Assembly: GCF_024521635.1 (NCBI RefSeq)
Contig: NW_026250405.1
Location: 496,001 to 560,000 of the forward strand
Length of the DNA stretch: 64,000 bases
Direction: 5' to 3'
From: Tricharina praecox
Lineage: Eukaryota
The notes below the pieces were generated by a model. It searched no databases. It was given only the letters and a program-made list of their open reading frames with translations, and had not been told where the DNA came from. The position numbers and the translations under genes were made by a program. Below, in pieces: positions 1 to 12,197 of the stretch (positions within the stretch are counted from its first letter, which is position 1; each line of letters opens with the position of its first letter).

Positions 1-617
1 CCTCCAGATTCCGCCGCAGATCCCAGAACGATATGGTCGACGCGCTTCGCGGGATTCCGCTCCCACCGCAACCGAGACTTCAACTCTCCAATCTCCGTGT
101 TCGCGTTTGGACGCAGCAGCGTGTCGAGCAACGTATTCACCGGGAGAGCCTGAGTCGAGTACGAGTGGTTGGAGGCGTGGAAGTGCTCCGTCAGGTATTC
201 GCACGACTTCTGCGAATCGAGTACATCGTACAGCGGCGTGTTCACCTCCTTCGACAGCTTGCCGTGCAGCACCGCGTCCGGGTGCGGACCATGTGTGATC
301 GGATCGTACCTCGGTACGTTGCCGTGCAGCATATAGCTCAGAAACAAAGCCGCAGGTCCGTTTCCTGTGAAGAACAAAGGGAACCCTAGTCAGCACTTCC
401 ATTCATCACAAAAATGCAACTTTTCTTTTCTTTTTTTCCTCCCGGCTCCCCGAAAAGCCCTGGGCGCCCTCTCTTAAACACCAATACAACAAAACTTGGG
501 CGAGTGATATCTCTCTGTACCTACAATCACAGTGTCCGTCGCCCTGAAGTTCGCCAACTCTCGGTGATATGACGCCATGTCGGATGACGTATAACGGCGC
601 CGATTGGCCGTCGACAT
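1..617 (-). CDS. OSGIN-like (oxidative stress-induced growth inhibitor family) FAD/NAD(P)-binding oxidoreductase, 5' part; runs off the window start
   Basis: Manual translation: exon1 617-521 MSTANRRRY...TDTVIV, GT-AG intron 520-365, exon2 GNGPAALFLSYMLHGNVPRYDP...HPD..LH..L...PVNTLLDTLLRPNA...HIVLG. The VIVGNGPxxxxLSY dinucleotide-binding motif and later blocks resemble OSGIN1/2. Not in the ORF track because the frame is open to the window edge. Confidence 0.8.
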
Positions 618-3600
618 GGGGAGAGTTTAATGTTGTCGATGTAGGTTCGAAAGGTTGTTGGTGGTAAGTTCGGACTCGGTGCGCAATTACTGCACGGGCG
701 TTGACTGGATAAGGACGAGGTTATGCGGATCGTTCAAAAATTATATTTATGACGACGTTCGAGGTTTAGAATTGAGCGGCAAAAAGTGCCGTGCGCGTGT
801 CGTAGTAGGTATGGTAGGTGTAAAGAAGATGCTCAATGGATGCGTTTAAGGCGAAGAGGAAGAGAAGAGAAGGAGAAGTAGGAGGAGGAAGAAGAGCAAG
901 AGGAGGAGAAGGCGGAGGAAGAATTGGTTTCAAATCAACAGGATGGCGGGTTGGTTTTTGTTGTGGCAGTGGTGGTGGTGCGCAGTGGTATGATTTGAAT
1001 TGTCAGACGGAACTGACCCGTGCGAACGGAAAGCACCGGTAAAGTGGAGGGTGTAGAAATCCGACAGGGTATGGGGGCGGGCGGGCGGTTTTGAGGTGGT
1101 GGTAGTGGTGGGGGCAGTGGTGGGCTGGCTGTCTAGATCTCGGAACTGCGAGGTGAGGATGGACAGGAGGAGAGGGAGAGGGGAAGAGGAAGAGGAAGAG
1201 GGAGAGGGAGAGGGAGGAAGAGGGTGTGTGCGGACAAGTACTCAGATATATGATGGAAGGGCGAGGGAAGTTTTTCTCGGGGTGAAGAACATTGCATATA
1301 TCTGATGGCCACTTGCATTTAGAGCAGCCACATGCAAACCAAGTAAGCGCTTCCTTTCAATGATCGATGGCATGCTTGCCGACGACCGTCGCTAAAAGCT
1401 TGCTTGTCATGTTGCCGTAAGTGGTGGGGCGGAGGATATGGTGAGTATTGCAAATGGCGGACCGGAGATGGAGATGGCGGAGGTTGAGATAGTTAGCGGA
1501 GGTAGCGGCTATTAGTGCGGTGGTTGTGGTGATGATGCCGGACGGGTGCATGGCTTGCTTGCTTATTTTTTTTTTGGTTTTTTTTTCTTTCTGTGAGGGA
1601 GGGGCGGATGGATGATGTTGGAACGGTACGGTACGTGATTGGGGCTGAATAATAGCAACGAACAGGCAAAACATGGAACAGAATTGACTCGCGCCGTCGC
1701 CCTTCTGTCTGCAGAACCATTGCAGGCAGAGAATGTTCCATGAGCTATCACATAGTACCTACAGTACACGCTTGCTTGAGAGACTTACTGCCATGGTACC
1801 TAGCAAGTCGATAAAGTACCATGCGGAGACCATCACATCAAGTGCCGGAGTATCTACATATCTGGAGTAGAGGTACACAACCAAGTGCAAGTACCGGTAT
1901 CCTATGTACAGACATACGTCTTGTGACAAATGATGCCAGGTGGACGATGATCGGATGGACAGGACTAATCCCACAAACTTTTTCGTTTCCTCGTTTCGTT
2001 TCGTTTCAATTCAATTCCGTTCAGCGATCATGATCCGAGTTCCCCGAGTTCCTCGAGTGTTGGGATGGATATGGATCCGCACATCCGCGGCGTTGCGATT
2101 GCGTCCATCCGGCCAGCCGCATCTGCTTGCAATCATGCGGAAACCACTCGGAGAAGACAAGATCGATGACCGAATCCACACATGATGATGATGATGATGA
2201 TGATGATGGCCAACACGATCGATATAGTATTGAACGGGTCTTTCTCCAGGCCTCCAATGATCTGCCTTCCGGCCCATCTGCCCCCATTCCCCCTTCCCCC
2301 ATCCCCATTTCCCCCCACATCCTGTGGTACAGTACCTTCCTGGGATATCTGCTTAGGCACCTACTCTACGCCGCACCTTCGATCATGATCGTACTCGCCT
2401 AAGTAGGCCTTCTCAGGCCCTTGCACTCGCACCTAAAGCACCCCCCCATCTCTACATACTCTGCCTACATCCTCAAGCCTCAGATTCCTCTCGAAAAAAG
2501 AGATCTACACGTCATTGCCACTCACGAGCCACCCACCCCTTCTCTCCTCACGCCTCCTCCTGTCCAATTCCCCCTGTCCTGCGCGTGTCAAGTACTCCAT
2601 GTCTCACCAAAGTCAAGACAGACAATGCGAGAACCCTCTCTCCCCTCCCCTCCCCCTCCTCTCCCAAGAAGAAAGAAAGAAAGAAAGAAGAAAAAAGCCA
2701 CCAAAGTAACTAGACTCGCACATGGGAGAGCCGCAGTCTCAACTCCATCCATCCTCATCCAGTTTCAAAGACCTGCAGCGTGGGGTGGGTTTCCTGCAAC
2801 CCTTCCGATTCGCAACCTCCCATACATCCCACGTCCATACATACACACATACATACAGGCACACATACATACATGCATACTTCTACCCGCCCAGCATCTT
2901 GCGCAATTCCACATGATTTGCAATTCTTTCCTTTTCCCGCAGGGCAAGGCAAGGCAACACAAAAAAGATAGAGGTGAAGGTTGGATGGATGGTTAGGTAC
3001 GGAATCTCCAAATGGCAACTCCAGCCATGCAGTGCTCTCTCGAGTCTCGCTCGGCCCCTAAACCCACGCTAGCTGGGCGGGAAAACAGAGAGGGTGAGGG
3101 GAGGGGGGAGGGGGGAGGGGGGGCTATCCAATCGAACCTATGAGAGTCCCTCGAGCTCGGATTTTAATTGATTTCCCCTACACGCGACATCCTCCTCCCA
3201 TCACCACCACCTCCCCACTATCCCACCATCCCACCATCCGTCCCCACTCGAGAGAGTGACCACACCACTCGGAGAATTCGAGGGATACATACGGTACTCG
3301 ACATACCCGGCTTAACTTATCCGAGCCGGGCGGAACGAACGATCGTGTTGAGTAATACATACTCTACTTGCTCTGCGGGACGGAAGAACTCCCCTCCCCC
3401 CTCCCACCCTCCCCCTCCGCCCATCGCCCTTTCAGCCGACTGACCGCCCTTGGTGGACTCGAGTGCAGCGGAGTTGCAGGTCACGGAAGTCGTCCCTAGA
3501 TACATCACAGTAGGACGGCGGCGAGTCGCGGCGGCGGCGGGCGGTCGAGACCAGCACTAACTACTCTACTTCGCCCCGCCGGACTCGCGTACCTTGGCGG

Positions 3601-5494
3601 AACGTGGCTGGCGGACCTAACACCATTACAAACACAAAACACCACGGCCACGACCCGGGAGATCCGGTGGAGGGCTGAGAAACATAGGTAGGTATTCCGC
3701 CACGTACGTAGGTGGTATGTAGAGAGCTTCGGATGCATGCATGGACGGAGCTTTGGCGGAGCGCGAGAGAGATCATGTGCGAGGTAGGCACTTAGGTAGG
3801 TATCTAGGCTTCGAATCGCGAACCTCGAACCTCGAAAGCCTCAAATGTCGCGGAGCGGAGCTTCGGTAGTCGGGCGGAGATACCTGTAGCTACTCCAGAG
3901 TAGATACTTGGGCAGCCGGAGATCCGGTCGAATCTCCGGCTCGTCCCCGAAGTTCAAGCTCTACTCGAATACCTACTACTTGAGTACTATACAGATCATG
4001 AGCTCGAACTTCGCGACGTCCGGAATGACGAATCTCCTCTCATCTCAACGAAACGAGTAGAGTAGTGGGCCGTGGCTGGTGTTCCCCGTCCATAGATAGG
4101 TCCTCTACCTAGTATTTGATGATCCCACGTGGGCTACACATCGTGGGCCGTGCGCAGCCTCACCCCTCCCCATCCCTCCCCATCCCTCCCCACCCCGCCC
4201 CTGTACGGTAGATCGAGACCGAGACCGCATCCCCCACCAAGGCCGCTGTGCTGCGCTGGAGGCGAAGGTTGAGGTCGAGGCCGAACGGTCATCTCACCGG
4301 GTTGGAGGGAGGGAGGCGGAGCTCGTGGCCTGGCCAAGATCACGAGGGGGGATCGCATCTTGCGCTGGCTGCGCAGCGCTCGGGCTCGTCCAGACCGTGC
4401 GCGAGTGAACGAGCGAGCTCGCGTATCTGGTTGATCTGGTTTATCGGCTGGTGTGTAGTTATGTACAGGTATCCAGATGTACCTATCATGTTGAATCTAC
4501 CTAAGTAGGCGGCATCATTGAATCTAGATACACGTAGGGTAGTAGAGTAGACTGCTAGGTCTTGACGATTGGGCAGTGTCAATCATCACAAATCGTGAGA
4601 TCCCATATATACGCTACGTTCACACATACGCACGGTACATACATACCACGGTACATACGGTACATACACACCGGAACTCCACCAACCAACCAACCAACCA
4701 CTCACCCACGACCCACGGTACCTACCTCATATCCCAGCCCCACCAGCTCTGACCCGACGCCCCGCCCCACCTCACCCCGCTCACGCTTCACCCGAGACCT
4801 CACTCGTGCTCCCCACCTTTCCGCCGTCCCCACCCTTCCGCCATCCCCGTCCCCATCCCCATCACACAGATCTTCCGTTTCTTCCACAACCATTCCGATA
4901 CCCGCCTCCAAGCGGTATGTATGCAAGCAGTAAGCAGTAAGTCCTTCCGACTCACCCTCCCTGCGTCCTTCGCTCCCCCTACCACCATCCTCCTACATAC
5001 TAGCTACGGGATTCTTCACAAAGAGAGATGTGTAGAGTATGAAAGCTAACTCCCACTCCGCGCTGCAGGCGGTTAGTTGGTGGGAGTGTGGCCAGGAAAA
5101 CTTCCACCCTTCCACCAGCCCTCAGGATGAATCAATTATCACGCCACTTGCGCAGATTGGTACCTTAAAAAAAACGTACATATCGAGTGAGACTTTATGT
5201 GCGTCATACGGTACCTAACATGCACTGCAGATGCCAGACCCTCCCCCTCTCCATCCCCTCCCCGACTCGACTCGCAACATAGATACACATGCATAAAAAA
5301 GCAAAGAAAATGATCTCCGCAACGCAAGCCTACTCCACTCCACTCCGTTAGAGGCAGGGCAGGGCAGGGCCACGGGTCGGGGTCGGGGTTGGGGGAAAAC
5401 CTGTGCCACAGAAGAAAGAAAAACAGAAAGAAAAAAAAACCACAACCAAATAATCTCATAAAACGAATGTCTAAATATGCGTACACAAACGGGT

Positions 5495-7654
5495 TTACGT
5501 CAAAAACCCCCTCTTCGAGTTCCTTCCATACTCGCCACTCAGCACCTCGAGCTTGACGCCTACGAGGATCGCGGCCATCCCCTTGCCCGCGCCACTCTGC
5601 TGCACGCGCAACCGGAACTGCCCACGTTTCATTATCCACTCGTGGGAGTCCTCGATGCTAGCCTTGCGCTTTAAGCGCTTCTTGCTGTTGGCGGTGAGGG
5701 ACGGGGGTATGGGCAGGTTCTGTTGCAGAGGTAGCGGTGGCGGTGGTGGCGGAGGTGGTGGTGGTTGCTGTTGCGGCTTGGCCGACGGTGGTCGACTGTG
5801 GGATGGCGAGGGCCACTGTATGCTGGGCGAGCTTCTCCCCGCGTCGCTGTCGGACTCCGTGGTGGTGGGTGGTGGCGGCGGATATTGGTGGTGGTCGAGC
5901 TCGACGACCGGGACGCCGTCGCGGTCCCACAGCTCCTCGCCGTCAAGATTGATGTAGCATTCCGGGCCGATGCGGATCTTGACTTTGTCATCGGACAGAG
6001 GAGTATTCCCCGGGCTGGCGGGGCCCGAGGATGCGCCGTTCATGCGGTCGTTGATCATTTTGAGCCCCATGGGGTACTCGTGCGAAACTGGGAGGCCGAG
6101 TTTATTGGTTACCACTTGCAGCAGCGCCGAGACGCGCTGGTTCGTCATCCCGGTGAACTCGGCGCGTGAATTGCGCCAGTCTATTCGTGTGGACTCCCCT
6201 ATGATCTCGATGATTAGTTCGCGCGGTTGGTCGTCGACGAACGGGCGGGAGTAGTTGACCCATCCCGGGGTGTAGGTGGGCCCTCCGGTCCGCGGTTCGG
6301 AGCTGTCAGGGACGAAGGAGACGCCGCTGGGCCGGATGTCTTCGATGCGGATCAAAATTTCGGATTTGCCGCGAGATGGGTTGTAGGAGATTTCATGGGG
6401 AATCAGACGCTGCTCGAGGCCTTTGAAGTGGAAGTATTTGCAGTCGCGGAGGAGCTGCTGGCGGTGCTCTTCTGACCGGATTTGTACTGGATACCCACGA
6501 AGGAGGTGGAGGAGCTCGGCAAAGACTTCCGCTGAACGGTTGGGAACTTCGGGAGGCAGGATCGACGGTGGTCGTAGCAGGCCTTCGCGACTCAGCCCAG
6601 GGAAGATCTCGGAGGGATTGGAGAAGAAGACGGCGAAGCCTAGAGTGAAGAAGTTGGGTGAGTTCCCGGGGGCTTGGAATAGGTCACGATTGATCTGGAA
6701 GTGTTGCGAGCCGATGGAGATGAAGATTTCGGATTCGAACAGTTGCGAGATTAATTTTGGCACTACGGAGAGTCAGTGATATCTCGTGCAGACGTGTGCA
6801 TGGTGGGACCACGAACGACTGTAGAATTGAGCGTCCGCAAAGAGCCGTACGAAATGCGGGCCGTCTCTCGGAGAAATGTGATAACCTGTAACGCCATAAG
6901 CATGTGCTTTTCCAATCCCAGCTCAGTTCCAGTTGCGACCTTGTAGATGTCTTGCGATATCGCCGAACGTTTCCGGATCGCGGTCGATATATAGCGTGCG
7001 GATTTGCTGCCCATCCTCCATCGTCGCTAACTGCCGCTCAAAGAACTGCGAGAAATATGAGGGAGCTCTAGAATTCTCAGTTCCTGCCTTTGAACACGAT
7101 GCGCGGCTCACGACTGACCATCTGACGATATCGAAGCTCCACTATTCGCACCGCGTCAGCCCAGCTGCCCGGCGCAATTGAAAAAATGCAGCACTCCAGA
7201 TTCCACACATACCTGAGACGGAATAACTGATTCCCTATCTGTATGGGATACACCTTTTGCGCGCAGCGCAGTTAGCTCACCAGCTCTTCCATCCACCTCC
7301 AAAATTCTGCCGGAGGCCTACCTTCTCGTGCGGCAAGATCCGCGGAATGTCCGGGAACCACGAGTTCCCCGTCATCCTGGAATCGGTACCACCAGCATCC
7401 TTCGCGCTGCTACCGCTCATCCTGCGCCGCTTCCGGCTATCGCTTTCAGGTAGACGAGATATCGTGGGCGTCGGTGTCGGTGTCGGGGGGAGTTTAAACG
7501 CCGGTTCGGATGTCGGTGTTAACCACGGTGCGAACAGAGTATCGAGGAGCTCGTCGTCGGTGATGGAGGAGGGCGTGGGAGAGTGTTGTCGTTTGTGCTG
7601 GTTGCTGCTGGTGTTGTGATTGGGGTCGGGATTAGAAGTAGCATTGGGATCCAT
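5495..7654 (-). CDS. Tandem BTB/POZ-domain protein (fungal family similar to yeast YLR108C/YDR132C), about 6 exons
   Basis: Spliced translation gives ILPHEK|VYPIQIGNQLFRLS|GASISSD|APSYFSQFF...RTLYIDRDPETF...HLQG|YHISPRDGPHFVRLFADAQFYSL|PKLISQLFESEIFISIG... plus a second BTB in ORF 5495-6763 (LRDCKYFHFKGLEQ). Start at MDPNATS is assumed. Confidence 0.88.
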
Positions 7655-8478
7655 CTTCGGGGAGGCTCCGAGGCGCGTGGATGTCACGAGCTATAGTAGA
7701 CTAGCGTCCTGATCGGGACAGGGACTTGGGCTGAACTGAGCCTGAGTTGAGTCTGATGATTTCCAGCTGAAGATGTCAATAGAGGCTGGGGATTCAGGTC
7801 CCGAGACAGAGATTCCTTCTTATCCACGACGATACTGATGCCCTCTTCCTTCATGGGTGGTCTTGTCGATTTATATGAGTAAGATTTCGGTTCTGCTGAC
7901 TTGGGTTCCGGTAAAGAAGTAGGAGGTATCTAGATCGAATAATATTAATCAAGAATGCGAACCGGGCAGATATGTTTAGAACAACTTTGGATTGGACGAT
8001 GATAGGAGCCTGAACCAGCATGTTGTGATTTCCTTACTCATGCTCACGAGGGAGTGGTTGAGGCGGGGGCTGTTTTGGTTGACAAGCGTGGCGATGGTCA
8101 TAGAGTGAGCAGTCTACTTTCACATTCGTTCCTGTCTTCTGCTAACTGGACGCTTCAGGAACCGGAGCTGTACAAACGAATGTAAAGCCAAAACACGGAG
8201 TGCGATTCGATGGATTGAACCAAACCCTTTGCCCTAAGATTTCCAAGGAAAGCCTCCGTGAAAGCACTAGTGCACCCCTTCGGTGTGTCTCACTTGAGCC
8301 GCGCGACACACGAAAGAGACACCGAGAGACAAGCAGCCTTGCGTCTTCCCAACTCTACTCGCGACAACAAACCCCCAACACGAAAACACGACACGACAAT
8401 CCCACCACCAGCGTCGCTCCTCCACCTCTCCCCATCCCACCCCGCGTCGTGCCTTCCAAAAAACAAAGCACAACCACG

Positions 8479-9168
8479 ATGTCATCACCGCACCCGCACG
8501 CACCGCCGACCAAAGTCGACCGCGCGCGCACCACCCCCTTCCTACTGCACCTCTACTACCGTCAAGGCGGCTTCCACCGCCTGGACGACTTCCGCAGCAC
8601 CAGCCAACCACGGGACTTCATCCAAATCTACACATGGCGAGACTGCACGCTACAAGAGCTCTCGATCCTCCTTTCCGACGCCCTCCCCGCCGTGTGCCCA
8701 CCGCGCTCGCGCTGCGGCTTCCGCCTCATCTTTGCCGACACGCGCCACGGCGGCACGCGGTACACGAGTAAGGACCTGGGCGCCGTGGGTGGCAGTGGAG
8801 GCGACGAGGGCGCCGCGAAAAAGACGTTGAGCGAAGTGCAGTTTGTTGTCGGCGACTGGATCGACGTCGCGGTTTATCCGGAAGGCCATGGGGGCGTTAG
8901 CGCGAGGGGTGGGTTTGCGGGCGGTAGGGGCGGTGTTCTGGGTCCGGGCAGGGAGAATGGGTTCGGAGGGTTTAAGGTTAGGGGAGCGGCGAGGGGTGGG
9001 TTTGAGGGACGCGTGGGCGCTGGTGGTGTGCCGAGTGGGGAGTGGAGACGTGGGGAGAAGGTGGAGGATTCGTTTGGAGGCACTGCAGCCCCACCGATGG
9101 GGATGGGACGTGGCTCCGGAGGGGGGCGGAGAGGCGGCGGCGGTGGAGGGAGGAGATATCACGATTAG
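8479..9168 (+). CDS. SAP18: Sin3-associated polypeptide SAP18 (ASAP complex / histone deacetylase complex subunit) with RGG-rich tail
   Basis: KVDRARTTPFLLHLYYRQGGFHRLDDF...QIYTWRDCTLQEL...KTLSEVQFVVGDWIDVAV matches the SAP18 ubiquitin-like fold. First in-frame ATG at 8479. Confidence 0.92.
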   Translation: MSSPHPHAPPTKVDRARTTPFLLHLYYRQGGFHRLDDFRSTSQPRDFIQIYTWRDCTLQELSILLSDALPAVCPPRSRCGFRLIFADTRHGGTRYTSKDLGAVGGSGGDEGAAKKTLSEVQFVVGDWIDVAVYPEGHGGVSARGGFAGGRGGVLGPGRENGFGGFKVRGAARGGFEGRVGAGGVPSGEWRRGEKVEDSFGGTAAPPMGMGRGSGGGRRGGGGGGRRYHD

Positions 9169-9483
9169 TAGACGCGTGCTTGTGGGGTCATCTACTTCTT
9201 AATCGCTACTTGTACTGTGTTTGGAATGGCAGTGGATGTTCATTCGATGAGCGTGTTTCAGTTCGGCTTAGTTTCCAGTATCATCCTCCGTGTTTCCGTT
9301 ATTTATTCGTTTGTTGCTTCAGAGCGGGGCCATATCAGTGTAGAATATTTCAGTTGGATGATCAATTTACAGCGCGCGCTTGCAATTGCACCCAATTCAT
9401 GACAGCAGCTGTATGTACCGTATGCACCGTATGTTGCCTTCAGCGCACCCCCCACCTCCACCAATCTACCCTTATCGCGCGCT

Positions 9484-9910
9484 CTAGAACTCCCTGATGG
9501 GATCACCCCTCTTCTTTCCGCGGAACTCCCATTTGCCCTATGCCCCCACATCATTAGCCACCGCCCTCATCCACATCCACAATTCATCCCCCTCTCCTAT
9601 CCCCACCCGCTCTCGTCATGGAGCACATACATCAGTAGCAAACGCTAAGTACCCAAGGACAGTGGGTATAACGGCGACATATAGGAATGTAAACTTGGCG
9701 GTACGGGGAGTCCAGCGGAAGTAGCGGTAGCGGTTCGTATTCAGAGCTTCCCAGCATCAGTCGTCATCCCATTGAGCCGGGGGAGGGAGGGGGGAAGTAC
9801 TGGCATAGCGGACGAAGGCGGGGTCTTCGTGGAGAGTTGCTGTGACGGTGTTAGCGGAAGGCAGTCGGAGCGGGTGGCGGAGGGATACGTTTTCCGTGGT
9901 CGCCGGCCAT
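9484..9910 (-). CDS. NDUFB4: NADH:ubiquinone oxidoreductase (complex I) accessory subunit B15/NDUFB4, 4 exons
   Basis: Manual splice: MAGDHGK|..LHEDPAFVRYA|TLNTNRYRYFRWTPRTAKFTFLYVAVIPTVLGYLAFATD|GKWEFRGKRRGDPIREF*. DPA...R..YFRWTPRTA is typical of fungal NDUFB4. Confidence 0.88.
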
Positions 9911-10164
9911 TTTGGTGGTGGTTCTGAGTTCGGAGGTGGTGGATGCAATGACGAGTGGTCGGTTCGGCCGGGCGCGGGTTGGTTGACGACGCTGGAAAGC
10001 GGGTCGGTGGGTTACCCGGACGTAGCCGGAAACGAGTGATAATCGGGAGGGCAGACGACGATTCATGGTCCGAATTCATGCAGACGAACTTGAAGCAAAG
10101 AGGAGAAAGGGGTGGGGGTGGCCAATTGTAAACCAATACGTATCATCCCCTCATCAACAATCCC

Positions 10165-10254
10165 ACCATGACCTCCACCCTTCGTCGACAGTCTCACCTA
10201 GGTAGAAGAATACCATAACCTCCACCCTTCGTCGACCGTCTCATCTAGAAGAAT
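10165..10254. repeat. Imperfect tandem duplication, about 47 bp unit, 2 copies
   Basis: ACCATRACCTCCACCCTTCGTCGACMGTCTCAYCTAG...AAGAAT occurs twice head to tail. Confidence 0.85.
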
Positions 10255-10504
10255 ACAAACAACCGTCTCCTCAATGTGGTAAAAATAGAGCAATCGAGCT
10301 CAAATAAAACAAACGGCCTATCGAAAGCACAAAACAAACACAAAAAGGGCATATTAAGGAATTTTAACCGAGTTGCCCCGCAATTCCACGCACATCCGTA
10401 GCATCATCAAGGGCACGGAAAACATAATGGGCACTGGTGGATCCGATCCTGCATGCCCTCCATCAGTTACAGTCAAATCGAGAAGAGTGGGAAGAAACAC
10501 ACCT

Positions 10505-11613
10505 TCAAATAATAAAGTACACGATAGCGCCCAACACACAAAGGATCTGAATACCGATCCACCAAATAAGAGTAAAGACCCCGGAGACTCCACTTGGTGC
10601 GAAATTCTTGAGCTTGCGGTTCTTCCTCTGTTTTCCCGGCCGAGGAATTCGTACTTTAGTAGGTATAATCGGAGCGCGGTTGGCATCAGACTGAGTCGGG
10701 CTTACCCCTTTGACGCCACCAAGTGAATCGTCGTCGTCGTCACCCGGCAAACTCGAGTAACGGTAGAGAGGTCCTTGGATACCGTAGTTGGGGTCACATC
10801 GGCGTACTGGGAGGATCACTTGCTCGGCCACGTTGACATCATAATTCTTGAGGCAGTCGTAGCACGTTTGGACCACTTCCTGATTTTCCGGCTTGCAGAC
10901 GCATTTCTTAGTGAAGTCCTCCTTGACCTTCTTCCGCTTCCCAGCAGCGGAACTAGAACACATTAAATGAGCACCGGAATATAAAAAAGCATCAAAGGGA
11001 AGGAGGTATCATACCCCTCGGTAGCAACAGGCGTAGGAGCATCAGTAGCCGTAGCATCAGGGTTGGCCAAAGGATCTCCACCTGTAGGAGCCATCGCACC
11101 CTCAGTAGGAACCATCGTAGCTTCAACAGCAGCGGCCGAGCTCGCAGCATCCTCCTGGCCACAAGAAGCCATCAATGCAGTAACGTTCTGGCATGAATTA
11201 GGACAAGCCGGGAGCTCAAGACTCTTCGTGCAGCCATCCATCCCACGAAGAAGGGAATCCCGTGAACCTTCTTCGATGTCACCCCGGAAAAGGCAGTCAA
11301 TGCAGGCAGGAGCATTCTCGCGGAAGGTATCGGGTTCGCAGAGGCAGGACGAGTTGAAGCCGAGGGGACCAAAGGAGAGCACGGGGTTTTTGTTGAGTTT
11401 ACACATATCTACAGATATTTGAAGTCAGCTTTAGCTTGGATTGTACGATGTGGAAGAACAGTGTGTGTGTGGTGGAGGGAGGTATGACTGACCGGCCTCC
11501 TTGTAGACAACCTCACAGGACGGTGCACAAGCCCCTCCCAGTCGATAGTATTCTCCAAGAGTAAAAGGCAGAGCAGCCATAAGTAGGAGAACCTGAAGAA
11601 TGGACGAAAACAT
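10505..11613 (-). CDS. Secreted, C-terminally anchored cysteine-rich protein (3 exons), function unknown
   Basis: Signal peptide MFSSILQVLLLMAALPFTLG; two related Cys modules (C..SC..V...C / C.C.P...C.DCL...C); GT-AG introns join ORFs 11431-11613, 10963-11406 and 10505-10963; hydrophobic C-terminus LIWWIGIQILCVLGAIVYFII*. Confidence 0.75.
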
Positions 11614-12197
11614 GATGGTTGAACGACTTATGCGTATGATTGTCGATTGGTTTGAAGGTTAAGGGCAACGGACCAAAGTCGGTGATAGAGATGAAATACG
11701 GGAGCACTGGGGATGGAAGTAGAAAGGAACGAGAGCGAGAAGAAAGAAGAATGAGAAGATTTCAGTAGAGGAGAGGAGGAGAGGATGCGAGGGAGAAGGA
11801 AGAGGAAGTGAAGGTAGTAGCTCGTTTTAAGAGCTAGATCATGCAGACACTCGGACTTTCCAAACTCGTACAGAAATGCATACAGCTCCAACGCCGCCAT
11901 CTGGACTGGCCCGCAGCTTCACATGTATCTCACAAAAAAAATAAACCCACACGGCAGTGGTAAAGTACTGAAGAAACAAATCTCATCATGGGTAATGGGA
12001 AGAAACTCAGTTGCAGAGCGAGCACTAGACATTGCAGAAGAAAGACATTGTAAAAGAAAGGCACCCGAGATCTCCTAACACCAACCATTCAGTAGCAAAT
12101 TCCCTAAAATCAACCATTCAGCAAACACAAACCGCCCAATCTTACCACCATGGCATGCAAGAACCAGTCGAACAGGCTTCCCGATGAAAGACAGAGT

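Noticed and set aside
33..389. 118 aa + strand ORF, and the many antisense ORFs over real genes
   Set aside because: Shadow ORFs of GC-rich coding sequence on the opposite strand.
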